This document shows, piece after piece, positions 36,759 through 45,983 of a stretch of DNA of 64,000 bases. Both the position numbers and the translations under genes were made by a program. Source of the stretch: an uncultured Candidatus Saccharimonas sp. (lineage in GTDB: Bacteria > Patescibacteriota > Saccharimonadia > Saccharimonadales > AQU-01); assembly GCA_943358095.1 (NCBI GenBank), contig CALRGT010000001.1, positions 82,842-146,841 on the forward strand, written 5' to 3'. Position 1 is the first letter of the stretch. The number at the start of each line of letters is the position of its first letter. The notes beneath the pieces are model-generated. The model ran no database searches, was not told the origin of the DNA, and saw only the letters and a list, made by a program, of their open reading frames with translations.

Positions 36759-36852
36759 CTTCAGATTTCGATATATTACAATACAGCCTTAAATATGGCG
36801 TGCTACAATATACTTAGCACAAGCTTTATAACGAAAGTACAAGGTAGAATAT

Positions 36853-37860
36853 ATGGCAAAAGTAATGTTAGTCGAGGACGATAATAACCTTAGAGAAATT
36901 TACGAAGCGCGCCTCTTGGCGGAAGGATACGAAATAGTTTCTGCTCGTGATGGAGAAGAGGCCTTAGCATTAGCCGTAAAAGAGCGTCCAGACCTAATAA
37001 TTGCTGACGTTATGATGCCAAAAATTAGTGGCTTTGACATGCTCGACATCTTAAGATCTACACCTGAAACAAAAAACACTAAAGTCATAATAATGACTGC
37101 TCTTAGCCAGGCCGAGGATAAGTCTCGTGCCGACCAATTAGGTGCCGATCGCTATTTAGTGAAATCACAAGTGACCCTAGAAGATGTTGCCAAAGCGGCT
37201 CGAGAAGTTTTACAAGATCAACCGGATTTACCGCCAGCTGCTGAACCCGCCCTTAAAGAACCGCTAGCCCCACTACCAACCGGCGTAGTTGAACCCGCAA
37301 ACACAACTCCAAGCTTTATTGAACCTACTATAGTACCTTCTGACACTGATTTTGTGCCTAGCCTAACACTGGACCCATCACCATTAACTCCAGGAACAAC
37401 AACACCAAGTAACGATACAGAATCTAACACCATCAACCATTCTATGGTCATAGAGCCGACTGAAAACGCAGACATAGATGGCATGAGTAAATTAGATGAT
37501 CTGACGACAAAACAAGACAGACTCGATGAAATAGCGCAAGCTATAGAACCAATCATTAATCAGCCAATAGTACCGGCTGAACCAGTATCAGTGCCGGCTA
37601 TGGCACCTGAACCAGACACCTCAGCACCAGTCCTTCCTATGACATCTGAACCATCAACCACAACAATGCCAATAACGCCAGAACCTGTTGCTGCCACGAT
37701 GCCCGCCATGACTATGCCCGAAGTCATGCCAGTACCGACCCCAACCGAACCTGCCCCAACCTTCGACCCAATTACTCCAGCCCCAACAACAGAGCCTACT
37801 ACACCTCCAGCCCCAAGCAAGACAGATTTGCTAACCGATCCGAATCTTATAGCTCTATAA
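36853..37860 (+). CDS. Response regulator receiver domain fused to a ~215-aa Pro/Thr/Glu-rich tail
   Basis: VMLVEDD, DLIIADVMMPKISG, IIMTAL and GADRYLVKS motifs, then a low-complexity P/T/E-rich C-terminus with no output domain I can recognise. Confidence 0.85.
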   Translation: MAKVMLVEDDNNLREIYEARLLAEGYEIVSARDGEEALALAVKERPDLIIADVMMPKISGFDMLDILRSTPETKNTKVIIMTALSQAEDKSRADQLGADRYLVKSQVTLEDVAKAAREVLQDQPDLPPAAEPALKEPLAPLPTGVVEPANTTPSFIEPTIVPSDTDFVPSLTLDPSPLTPGTTTPSNDTESNTINHSMVIEPTENADIDGMSKLDDLTTKQDRLDEIAQAIEPIINQPIVPAEPVSVPAMAPEPDTSAPVLPMTSEPSTTTMPITPEPVAATMPAMTMPEVMPVPTPTEPAPTFDPITPAPTTEPTTPPAPSKTDLLTDPNLIAL

Positions 37861-37927
37861 CAACCCTTTAAGTCGGTCTATACATTTATAGTAGGCTTGA
37901 GCTCTTTTAATTTGCTATACTTATGTT

Positions 37928-38599
37928 ATGCGTATCAATCGTTACATCGCTCAATCAACAGGAATGTCCCGGCGTGCCGCCGATCGACTCATCTATACAG
38001 GCCAAGTTACTGTCAATGGTCTGACGGCTAGTGCTGGGCAAGATGTTTCCGATGCTGACAAAATATCTATAGATGGCAAGCAGATAGCCAGCAGTGCGGA
38101 CCAAAAATTTATCACAATAGTCATGAATAAACCCGTCGGCTATGTCTGCTCAAGAGATGGACAGGGCAGCAAGACAGTTTACGATTTACTTCCTGAAGAG
38201 CTGCATATTCTTAAACCCGTAGGCAGACTAGACAAAGACTCATCCGGGCTATTAGTCATGACCAACAATGGCAAACTCGCTCACGAATTAAGCCACCCCT
38301 CATACCAAAAACGCAAAGTTTACAATATCAGCCTCAGCCACAACCTGACACCTCTTCATCATCAAATGATATGCGACTACGGCATTATGCTGGAAGATGG
38401 CGTAAGCAAATTTAGCCTAGACAGAATCAGCGAAGGCAACGACAAGGATTGGCGCGTAACAATGACAGAGGGCCGCAATCGTCAAATAAGACGAACTTTT
38501 AGCGCCCTAGATTATAGCGTTAAGCGACTACACAGAATCAAATTCGGTGAATACACATTGGCTAATTTGCGAAATACCGTTTATACAATTGTTAGCTAA
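37928..38599 (+). CDS. RsuA/RluB-family pseudouridine synthase with an S4 domain
   Basis: MRINRYIAQSTGMSRRAADRLI (S4), GRLDKDSSGLLVMTNNG (catalytic Asp). Confidence 0.88.
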   Translation: MRINRYIAQSTGMSRRAADRLIYTGQVTVNGLTASAGQDVSDADKISIDGKQIASSADQKFITIVMNKPVGYVCSRDGQGSKTVYDLLPEELHILKPVGRLDKDSSGLLVMTNNGKLAHELSHPSYQKRKVYNISLSHNLTPLHHQMICDYGIMLEDGVSKFSLDRISEGNDKDWRVTMTEGRNRQIRRTFSALDYSVKRLHRIKFGEYTLANLRNTVYTIVS

Positions 38600-38677
38600 G
38601 CCAATATTTTCTAAAATGCAATTAACAGATCATAAACCTTTAGTTGGTTAGCTATTTTTATGTTATAATATTTTTAT

Positions 38678-39265
38678 ATGTCTCGTTCTAATTTTGCCGA
38701 TATTTCGTCACGCATAGAAAATATCTGTGCCAATCCTCCCTCAGAAGCTTTTTTGGGTGATTCAGCGCGACTCCAAACCGCCAGTTTTATTAATCATTTA
38801 CAGCTCGGCACATTAGCATTAACTGCAAGAGACTCAAGACTAACCGATGCCACGCATAGCGGCCTGGAGGTGATTGGCGGGTTAATACTTCAGACGCCTC
38901 GAATATTCAGAGGCAATTCGGTTGATGATTATTTAGCCACTCTAGCTGACGACAGAACATCGGAAAATATCATGGAGACAATTGGGTCGGGAGTAGGCGA
39001 ACTTCCTGCTCAAATAGAAGCCGAATACGGCTTACGACCAGATTGGTATAAGCTGGACCGGCCAGAAAAAGACATAGTCCACATTGAGCACGGCACAGGT
39101 AGCTTCTTCTCGCTACAACCAGACGATATCGAAAAAACTCGAGCAAGCCGCACAGGCAAAAACTGCCCATACACAAAGTTTATGGGGGCAACGGTTTTGA
39201 ACGTCGCTTTGGCGCTCGAAAAACAATATGTTCTAGACAAACTCATTAATCCAGACCACCAGTAA
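38678..39265 (+). CDS. Hypothetical protein
   Basis: Uninterrupted 195-aa ORF with no recognisable motif. Confidence 0.5.
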   Translation: MSRSNFADISSRIENICANPPSEAFLGDSARLQTASFINHLQLGTLALTARDSRLTDATHSGLEVIGGLILQTPRIFRGNSVDDYLATLADDRTSENIMETIGSGVGELPAQIEAEYGLRPDWYKLDRPEKDIVHIEHGTGSFFSLQPDDIEKTRASRTGKNCPYTKFMGATVLNVALALEKQYVLDKLINPDHQ

Positions 39266-39343
39266 AACTAATCTTTTCAGTTACTCTACGAACACTAATC
39301 CACCCTGTTCAAGACGGTATAAATCTGTTATACTTATCACAAC

Positions 39344-40699
39344 ATGAGTAAACGAAAAGTACCGATCGTAGCTATTGTCGGGCGTGCCAATGTGGGCAAG
39401 TCCAGCTTGTTCAACGCGATTTTAGGTCGTAGAGAAACTATTATAGCTACGGAAGCTGGTACTACCCGTGACAGCATCACCGCAAAAGCTTCTTGGCAAG
39501 ACAAAGATTTCTGGCTTGTTGACACTGCCGGTATGAAGGACGCTTCTGACGATTTTGAGTTCACTATCCAAGAACAAATTATCCAAGCTGCTGACAGCGC
39601 CGATATCATCTGGGTAGTGATCGAAGCTCAAACTATGATTACAGAAGAGGACAGACGCGTCGCCAAGTTAGCTCTTAAATCAAAAAAACCAGTAATTCTA
39701 GTTGTTAACAAGCGAGATAAAGCTCAGACAACTCCACTAACTGACTATTTAAAACTTGGCATAAAACCAATTATCCCTACAAGTGCAATTCACCATACTG
39801 GTATCGACGAACTACTCGACACTACCGTTCAAGAAATGCCAAAAGCTACTATCGATGAAGCTCCTGACCGAGTTCGTATCGCTATTTTGGGCCGTCCAAA
39901 CGTTGGCAAATCACAACTATTCAACACTCTTGCCAAGAAGCAGCAAGCAATAGTAGCAGATCGCGCTGGCACTACCCGCGACATCAACAGAACTATCGTA
40001 AAATTTAACGGACGCGAGATAGAGCTACTCGACACTGCCGGTATTCGTCGTAACGGCAAAATAGAAGTCGGCATCGAGCGCTTCAGCGTTATTCGCAGTC
40101 TTAGTGCCATCGAACAGTCAGACATTTGTCTACTAGTTATGGACGCTAACGAATTGAACGTACAGCTTGACCAAAAAATCGCTGGCCTTATCAAAGAAGC
40201 AGGCAAGGGCTTGATTCTAGTTATTAGTAAATGGGATAGTGTAGAAAAAGACGGTTTCACACACGACGAAATGACACCTGGTATTCGATATAACTTTGAG
40301 TTCGTGCCTTGGGCTACGCTTATTTTTACTAGCAGCATAACAGGTCAAAACGTTACTAAACTATTCGAACTAGCTCTAGAAATCGACCAGAATCGTAAGT
40401 TGCGCATCAAAACACCTGAACTTAACAGGTGGCTAGCTGACACTGTAAACGCTCACCCACCAGCAGGGCTTAAGAACCGATCACCAAAGCTTAACTATAT
40501 GGTTCAAGAGGACGATAACTCTATTCCTAGCTTTAAAATATTTGGCGCACATACAAAGTTTCTTCACTGGAGCTACAAACGCTATATGGAACGTCGCTTA
40601 AGAGAACGTTACGGCTTCGCAGGCTCGGCTATTCAACTCTGGTTCATCGAGAAACACGTCACACACAAACACGGCACCAGACCCTTCCACAACGGCTAA
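39344..40699 (+). CDS. der: Ribosome-associated GTPase Der/EngA
   Basis: Two G domains (GRANVGKSSLFN..DTAG; GRPNVGKSQLFN..DTAG) plus a KH-like C-terminus. Confidence 0.92.
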   Translation: MSKRKVPIVAIVGRANVGKSSLFNAILGRRETIIATEAGTTRDSITAKASWQDKDFWLVDTAGMKDASDDFEFTIQEQIIQAADSADIIWVVIEAQTMITEEDRRVAKLALKSKKPVILVVNKRDKAQTTPLTDYLKLGIKPIIPTSAIHHTGIDELLDTTVQEMPKATIDEAPDRVRIAILGRPNVGKSQLFNTLAKKQQAIVADRAGTTRDINRTIVKFNGREIELLDTAGIRRNGKIEVGIERFSVIRSLSAIEQSDICLLVMDANELNVQLDQKIAGLIKEAGKGLILVISKWDSVEKDGFTHDEMTPGIRYNFEFVPWATLIFTSSITGQNVTKLFELALEIDQNRKLRIKTPELNRWLADTVNAHPPAGLKNRSPKLNYMVQEDDNSIPSFKIFGAHTKFLHWSYKRYMERRLRERYGFAGSAIQLWFIEKHVTHKHGTRPFHNG

Positions 40700-40724
40700 T
40701 CTAGCAGGGAGACTCCCTGCTAGA
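40700..40724 (+). terminator. Hairpin terminator after der
   Basis: 11-bp perfect stem TCTAGCAGGGA/TCCCTGCTAGA with a 3-nt loop; the U-tract is weak (TATTGATT). Confidence 0.55.
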
Positions 40725-40732
40725 TATTGATT

Positions 40733-40764
40733 CATTGATGCATTGACGCATTGATACATTAATT
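40733..40764. repeat. Tandem 8-mer array CATTGATG-CATTGACG-CATTGATA-CATTAATT
   Basis: Four head-to-tail copies. More CATTGA copies lie at 40782 and 40815, and the inverse TCAATG at 40867. Confidence 0.8.
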
Positions 40765-40935
40765 TAACATTTGTCATTTTTCATTGATGCATTTATTTGG
40801 TCATTTGCAATTTATCATTGAAGCTACAATGACCAAATGAAACCTGTCTAAATAAATGACAAATGATCAATGTTAAATAGTAAATTATGTCTTCGGTCTC
40901 TAGACTCTTTGCGCCATACTCTGTACTCTTAAGTC

Positions 40936-41574
40936 ATGGCATTATTTCAGAGAAAACCTATCGTAACCAGCGGGGCTCCGCTATACACACTTGGACTACA
41001 AAAAACTATAGTAATTATAGGCTTGGGTAATCCGGGCAAACAATACGACGGCACAAGACACAACATTGGCTTTAATGCCTTAGATCATTTAGCAAATAAA
41101 CTCGACTTTCCAGATTGGATCGAGAAAAAGGACCTTAAAGCGATAACCACCAGTCAGGTAATTGCCGACACTAGAGTTATATTAATTAAACCTACTACAT
41201 TTATGAATTTAAGCGGGGATGCAATTCAAGTAGTTTCACATTTTTATAAAATTGCATCGGATAAATTTATAGTAGTTTATGACGAGCTGGACATACCTTT
41301 TGGGCAAATAAGAGTTCGAATTGGCGGCTCTGCAGCAGGCCACAACGGCGTTCAGTCAATTATAAATACGCTAGGCGACGGTTTTGGAAGAATTCGCATT
41401 GGTATTCGTAACGAAATAGCCGAAAAGGCCGATAGTGCTAATTTTGTCCTTGGTAAATTTAGCTCCGAAGAGAAAGATCAACTCCCAAACCTACTTCTAG
41501 AAACTAACGCCGTACTTAGCGAAATCATCCATGGCCAACCACTAAACCCCGAAACCCGCACCTTCTTAGTTTGA
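40936..41574 (+). CDS. pth: Peptidyl-tRNA hydrolase
   Basis: IIGLGNPGKQYDGTRHNIGF, GLRVRIGGSAAGHNG-type motif (IRVRIGGSAAGHNGVQS). Confidence 0.9.
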   Translation: MALFQRKPIVTSGAPLYTLGLQKTIVIIGLGNPGKQYDGTRHNIGFNALDHLANKLDFPDWIEKKDLKAITTSQVIADTRVILIKPTTFMNLSGDAIQVVSHFYKIASDKFIVVYDELDIPFGQIRVRIGGSAAGHNGVQSIINTLGDGFGRIRIGIRNEIAEKADSANFVLGKFSSEEKDQLPNLLLETNAVLSEIIHGQPLNPETRTFLV

Positions 41575-41611
41575 CTGAATCGACCACCGACTAGGCGTAT
41601 TTCAAGCTTGA

Positions 41612-42273
41612 GCTAGTTTGGTTATCTCTACGCGGAGCGCAAGCTAGCTGTACTTTATAGTACAGCGGCGCGCACCGTAAGTAGAGAGAACCGAAATAGC
41701 CAAGAGGCTAACTTGTTAGCCGCCGTGAAGTGCGCCAACAAATAAAAGAGCCTCTAGAGGGGGTGGGCACCGCTAGAGGCTCATTACAGGGGACGTATAC
41801 AACGAAGGGACAGCTGTCCACCAACAGCTCCCACCAGAGTACCTCCCCGATGGATCTTATTGAGGCATGAGAACATTTTTCCGTAAGCGAAGATTTTTGT
41901 GGCCAGATTAGATTATAAATTGTGAGGCATATCGACAGATATGTTGAGCAATTTTAATTTGATATGGACCAGAAATAGCGCTTTCGGGAAATGGAATCAT
42001 GTCCCAATAAGATCCTGTATACACCCTTCAACCCACCCGAGCGAAACATCATTGTCTAGATAGTCAATACGGACATGTGTCTTCCCGCCGAGGCGGGGAA
42101 TCTTTGGGACTCGCTTTGATTCGGGGACACAATCTGTCGAAACAGACGGTGTCACTAGTTAAAGGGATTAGTTTGTTTTAGAACGTGTCACTCCCGAAGG
42201 AGCAGACGAACATATAAGTGGAGGGTAACAACTTAGATATTGTCGTTCTAAAACAATCTAACAATTTGTTAGA
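41612..42273 (+). ncRNA. Candidate large structured RNA of unknown class
   Basis: No ORF >=60 aa on either strand. At least eleven helices, including perfect 10-11-bp long-range stems (41748-57/41773-82, 41852-62/42005-15, 42175-85/42244-54). GCAA and CUUG tetraloops and U.G pairs fit a + strand transcript. Confidence 0.5.
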
Positions 42274-42429
42274 AGGTGCTTAAGCATAGGAATACTATAC
42301 TTACAAGTTGCTATACTATCAAATAAGTGTCTATGTGTCAATACTTTTTCATACATTTGTCATTATTCCAAATATGCATCTTTACTATATAATTTCACTG
42401 TAAAAGGCGCTGTAAAAGGAGGAATTGGA

Positions 42430-43290
42430 ATGATAATAAATACCTGTCTACTTGCTGACGATAATTATCCAAATCTACTAAAACAAATACCTGACGCACC
42501 AAAACAGTTTTACTGGACTGGTGGCGACCTAAGTAGCCTTTGCAATCAACCTTGCGTTGCGATAGTAGGCAGTCGCAAGGTGACGCCGTACGGTCGTCTG
42601 GTAACAGCAACTCTGGCTAGCGAGCTTGCTCGACTTGGCGTAACCATAATTAGCGGGCTAGCAATTGGCGTGGACTCTATTGCACACAAGTCTGCATTAG
42701 ACGCCGGCGGCAAAACCATTGCTGTTCTGCCAAGAGGTCTAGATAAAATTTATCCGTCGTGCCATGCAAATCTTGCTAACAGAATTATAGATAGCGGTGG
42801 AGTCTTGATGACCGAATACCCACAAGGATCGGAACTTTATAATTTTCAATTTTTAGCACGCAACAGAATAATCGCTGGCCTTAGTTTGGGAGTAGTCGTA
42901 ACAGAAGCTGCCGAGAGAAGTGGCAGCCTTAACACTGCTAATTTTGCTCTTGAGCAAGGCAGGGAGGTGCTGGCTGTGCCTGGGAATATTACCAGTCCTT
43001 TGTCTAAGGGTACAAATAATCTAATTAAAATTGGAGCAACGCCAATCGACAATGCTCAGGATATTATAGACAATCTAAATCTATCCTTCGATCTATTGAA
43101 AGTAAACCCGGCGGATAATCTAAATGATCTGGAGATAATATTAGTTTCACTTATTGGGGAGGGAATAGCTGATTCGGAGGCACTGTTTGCTCGCAGCGGG
43201 TTAGACACGTCTCAGTTCAGCCAAACATTAACGCTACTAGAATTAAACGGTAGAATTAAAAATATAGGCAATAACAATTGGTCACTCTAA
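42430..43290 (+). CDS. dprA: DNA processing protein DprA
   Basis: VAIVGSRKVTPYG, ISGLAIGVDSIAH and SGSLNTA motifs; strong SD AAAGGAGG. Confidence 0.88.
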   Translation: MIINTCLLADDNYPNLLKQIPDAPKQFYWTGGDLSSLCNQPCVAIVGSRKVTPYGRLVTATLASELARLGVTIISGLAIGVDSIAHKSALDAGGKTIAVLPRGLDKIYPSCHANLANRIIDSGGVLMTEYPQGSELYNFQFLARNRIIAGLSLGVVVTEAAERSGSLNTANFALEQGREVLAVPGNITSPLSKGTNNLIKIGATPIDNAQDIIDNLNLSFDLLKVNPADNLNDLEIILVSLIGEGIADSEALFARSGLDTSQFSQTLTLLELNGRIKNIGNNNWSL

Positions 43291-43315
43291 TTATAAGTCC
43301 GCTATACTTAATAGT

Positions 43316-43486
43316 ATGGAAACTAAATCTCTAGTCTGGATAGGACTGACCATTGGTTCGATAGTTGGCAGTGGACTTGGCAGCCTATTGGACAGTGGTA
43401 ATTATTTTGGAGTCTGGGGCATAGTCCTAGGTGCTCTTGGAGGCATAGCTGGCATCTGGGCTGGCTACAAAATCGGCAACAACTAA
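43316..43486 (+). CDS. 56-aa Gly-rich two-TM peptide (below the ORF-track cut-off)
   Basis: My translation is METKSLVWIGLTIGSIVGSGLGSLLDSGNYFGVWGIVLGALGGIAGIWAGYKIGNN, with a glycine-zipper-like pattern. Confidence 0.45.
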   Translation: METKSLVWIGLTIGSIVGSGLGSLLDSGNYFGVWGIVLGALGGIAGIWAGYKIGNN

Positions 43487-43609
43487 GCTATTAGCTCAAA
43501 TTTTAAATAGTTTGCAATTATATTAATAATCACGTAACCTTGCAGGTTGTTGGTGAAGTCAAAATAAAAGACCCAACTGTTAAAGCGTTTAAGGTATACT
43601 AGAACATAC

Positions 43610-45907
43610 ATGGCAAAAAACTTAGTAATCGTAGAGTCACCGGCTAAAGCCAAAACTATCGAAAAATTCCTCGGTAAAGATTATGTCGTCCGAAGTAGCT
43701 TCGGTCATATTCGTGATTTACCAAAAAAAGGCCTTAACATCGACAAAGACAACAACTTTGCACCTACATACGAGGTCAGCGCCGATAAGAAAAAAGTGGT
43801 CGCAGAGCTCAAAAAATTGGCGGCTGGAGCAGACGTCTGGCTCGCATCAGACGAAGACCGTGAAGGTGAGGCGATTGCTTGGCATTTAACTCAAGCCCTC
43901 AAACTTGACCCTAAAAAAACTAAACGAATAGTCTTTCATGAAATCACAAAACCAGCTATTGAAGAGGCCATAAAGAACCCTAGAACGGTTGATATAAATC
44001 TTGTAGACGCACAACAAGCACGGCGCATTCTCGATCGCTTAGTTGGATACGAATTATCACCAGTACTATGGAAGAAAGTCCGCGCCGGATTATCAGCCGG
44101 AAGAGTCCAGTCTGTTTCTGTAAGACTAATCGTAGAGCGTGAGCGTGAAATACGAGAGTTTACAGCCGTCAGCTCATTTAAAGTTACTGCGATATTTAAC
44201 GTTGACGGCGAAGAATTAAAGGCCGAACTAGATACTAAATTTAAAAGCATTGAAGAGGCGCAATCATTCTTGCAGTCATGTATTGATGCCACATTCACGG
44301 TTTCAGCAGTAGACAAAAAACCTGGCTTTAGGTCACCAAGCGCACCATTTACGACAAGTAGCTTACAGCAAGAGGCAGCTCGTCGATTAGGTTATGGCGT
44401 GAAGCAAACAATGATCTTGGCGCAGAAACTATATGAAAACGGTCACATAACCTATATGCGTACCGATAGCACTATCCTATCGACAATAGCCGTTGATGCA
44501 GCCAAGAATTACATAACATCCAATTTTGGCGAAAACTACAGCAAACTTCAGCAATACAAAACCAAAAACTCTAGTGCACAAGAAGCTCACGAAGCAATTA
44601 GACCTACTAATTTCAACGCATTAGAAGCAGGTGATGATGGTCAGCAAGAAAGATTATACAAACTCATCTGGCAACGAACACTTGCTAGCCAAATGGCTCA
44701 AGCCAAAACAGATAAGACAGAGATTAAAATATCTGCTTCACCTAAATTTAAGAACTTATTTTTAGCTAAAGGCGAAATCTTAACATTTGATGGATTCTTA
44801 AAGGTTTATGGTGGAGGCAAAGACGATACACTATTGCCAAATGTCAGCAATGGACAACAGCTTGAGCGACAACAAATTCTGGCAACCGAGACATTTAGCC
44901 GAGCAGGCGCCAGATACTCTGAAGCAAGTCTTGTAAAGAAGCTAGAAGAACTAGGCATTGGCCGACCAAGTACCTACGCACCAACTATTAGCACCATCCA
45001 GGCCAGGGAATATGTCACCAAGTCAGACCTAGAAGGTGATGAGAGAGAAATTCGTGAATTAGTATTAGAAAAATCTACAGTCGAACAAAGATCATCAACT
45101 GTAATTACAGGCGCAGACAAGAATAAACTAATCCCGACACATCTAGCAGAAGTCGTGACTGACTTCTTGGTGAAATATTTTGGAAGTGTGCTCGACTACG
45201 ACTTCACCGCCAAGGTTGAAGCCGGTTTTGACCTTGTAGCCGAGGGCAAACAAGAATGGCCAAAAATGATCGGTGACTTCTACAAGAACTTCCACCCATT
45301 AGTAGTTGAGTCAGAGGGCGCCAGCAGAAAAGAAACCTCACAAGCTAGACTACTCGGCGAAGACCCTAAGTCAAAACGTCCAATGTACGCGCGTTTTGGA
45401 AGATACGGAGCCATGCTGCAAATCGGTGAAGTAGAAGACGAAGTTAAGCCAGTATTTGCGCCTATGCCAGCAGGAACAGCTATTGAGAGCGTGACATTCG
45501 AGCAAGCACTAGAAATGTTTAAGTTACCACGAACTGTCGGCCTCACCGACGACGGCCAAGAAATGAAGGCTAATATTGGCCGTTTTGGACCTTATGTCGT
45601 AGTTGGCAAAACATTTGTTTCTATCAAACCACTCGACCCTATGACCATTACTCTTGTTGAGGCCAAGGCTTTATATGCTGCAAAATTAGAAAAAGACGCC
45701 AATAAATATATAGCTGAATTTGCTAGTGGCATAAAAATAGTTAACGGGCCCTACGGACCATTTGTTACTGACGGCAAGAAGAACGCCAAGATTGATAAAG
45801 AAACAGACCCTAAGGGCATCACTGAAGCTGTAGCAAAAGAAATGCTAGCTGCTGCACCTGCTAAAGGCAAGGGCAGACGCTTTACAAAACGCAAAGCCAA
45901 GAAATAG
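43610..45907 (+). CDS. topA: DNA topoisomerase I
   Basis: LVIVESPAKAKTIEKFLG (Toprim), DEDREGEAIAWH, YITYMRTDS (active-site Tyr); Lys-rich C-terminus. Confidence 0.93.
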   Translation: MAKNLVIVESPAKAKTIEKFLGKDYVVRSSFGHIRDLPKKGLNIDKDNNFAPTYEVSADKKKVVAELKKLAAGADVWLASDEDREGEAIAWHLTQALKLDPKKTKRIVFHEITKPAIEEAIKNPRTVDINLVDAQQARRILDRLVGYELSPVLWKKVRAGLSAGRVQSVSVRLIVEREREIREFTAVSSFKVTAIFNVDGEELKAELDTKFKSIEEAQSFLQSCIDATFTVSAVDKKPGFRSPSAPFTTSSLQQEAARRLGYGVKQTMILAQKLYENGHITYMRTDSTILSTIAVDAAKNYITSNFGENYSKLQQYKTKNSSAQEAHEAIRPTNFNALEAGDDGQQERLYKLIWQRTLASQMAQAKTDKTEIKISASPKFKNLFLAKGEILTFDGFLKVYGGGKDDTLLPNVSNGQQLERQQILATETFSRAGARYSEASLVKKLEELGIGRPSTYAPTISTIQAREYVTKSDLEGDEREIRELVLEKSTVEQRSSTVITGADKNKLIPTHLAEVVTDFLVKYFGSVLDYDFTAKVEAGFDLVAEGKQEWPKMIGDFYKNFHPLVVESEGASRKETSQARLLGEDPKSKRPMYARFGRYGAMLQIGEVEDEVKPVFAPMPAGTAIESVTFEQALEMFKLPRTVGLTDDGQEMKANIGRFGPYVVVGKTFVSIKPLDPMTITLVEAKALYAAKLEKDANKYIAEFASGIKIVNGPYGPFVTDGKKNAKIDKETDPKGITEAVAKEMLAAAPAKGKGRRFTKRKAKK

Positions 45908-45983
45908 TTTCTCGCTCATTAAGCATCAACGCACTCTTATATATTAGCTAGCGGTAGAATATTACTAGTATTATTCAAGTAAT

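Noticed and set aside
40733-40764. A CRISPR array
   Set aside because: The repeats are 8 nt long and directly abutting with no spacers. No cas genes and no 25-40-nt repeat/spacer periodicity occur anywhere in the window.
41789-41848. tmRNA-like start GGGGACGTATAC..CGAAGGGA, with ..CTCCCACCA ~40 nt downstream
   Set aside because: There is no T-arm, no acceptor pairing with a 3' CCA end and no plausible tag reading frame ending in a hydrophobic Ala-rich peptide. The two motifs are far too close together.
42184-42212. SRP RNA helix-8-like string TCC-CGAA-GGA-GCAGAC (compare UCC-GGAA-GGA-AGCAGC)
   Set aside because: The flanking strands cannot form the conserved symmetric and asymmetric loops or the closing helices of SRP RNA. 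The loop is not GNRA.
41575-42429. RNase P RNA or a group II intron as the identity of the large structured region
   Set aside because: I could not find the GGAAAGTCCGGGC / ACAGAACCCGGCTTA P4 strands or a domain V-like GAGCCGTAT hairpin on either strand. This was a by-eye search only, so cmscan is still needed.
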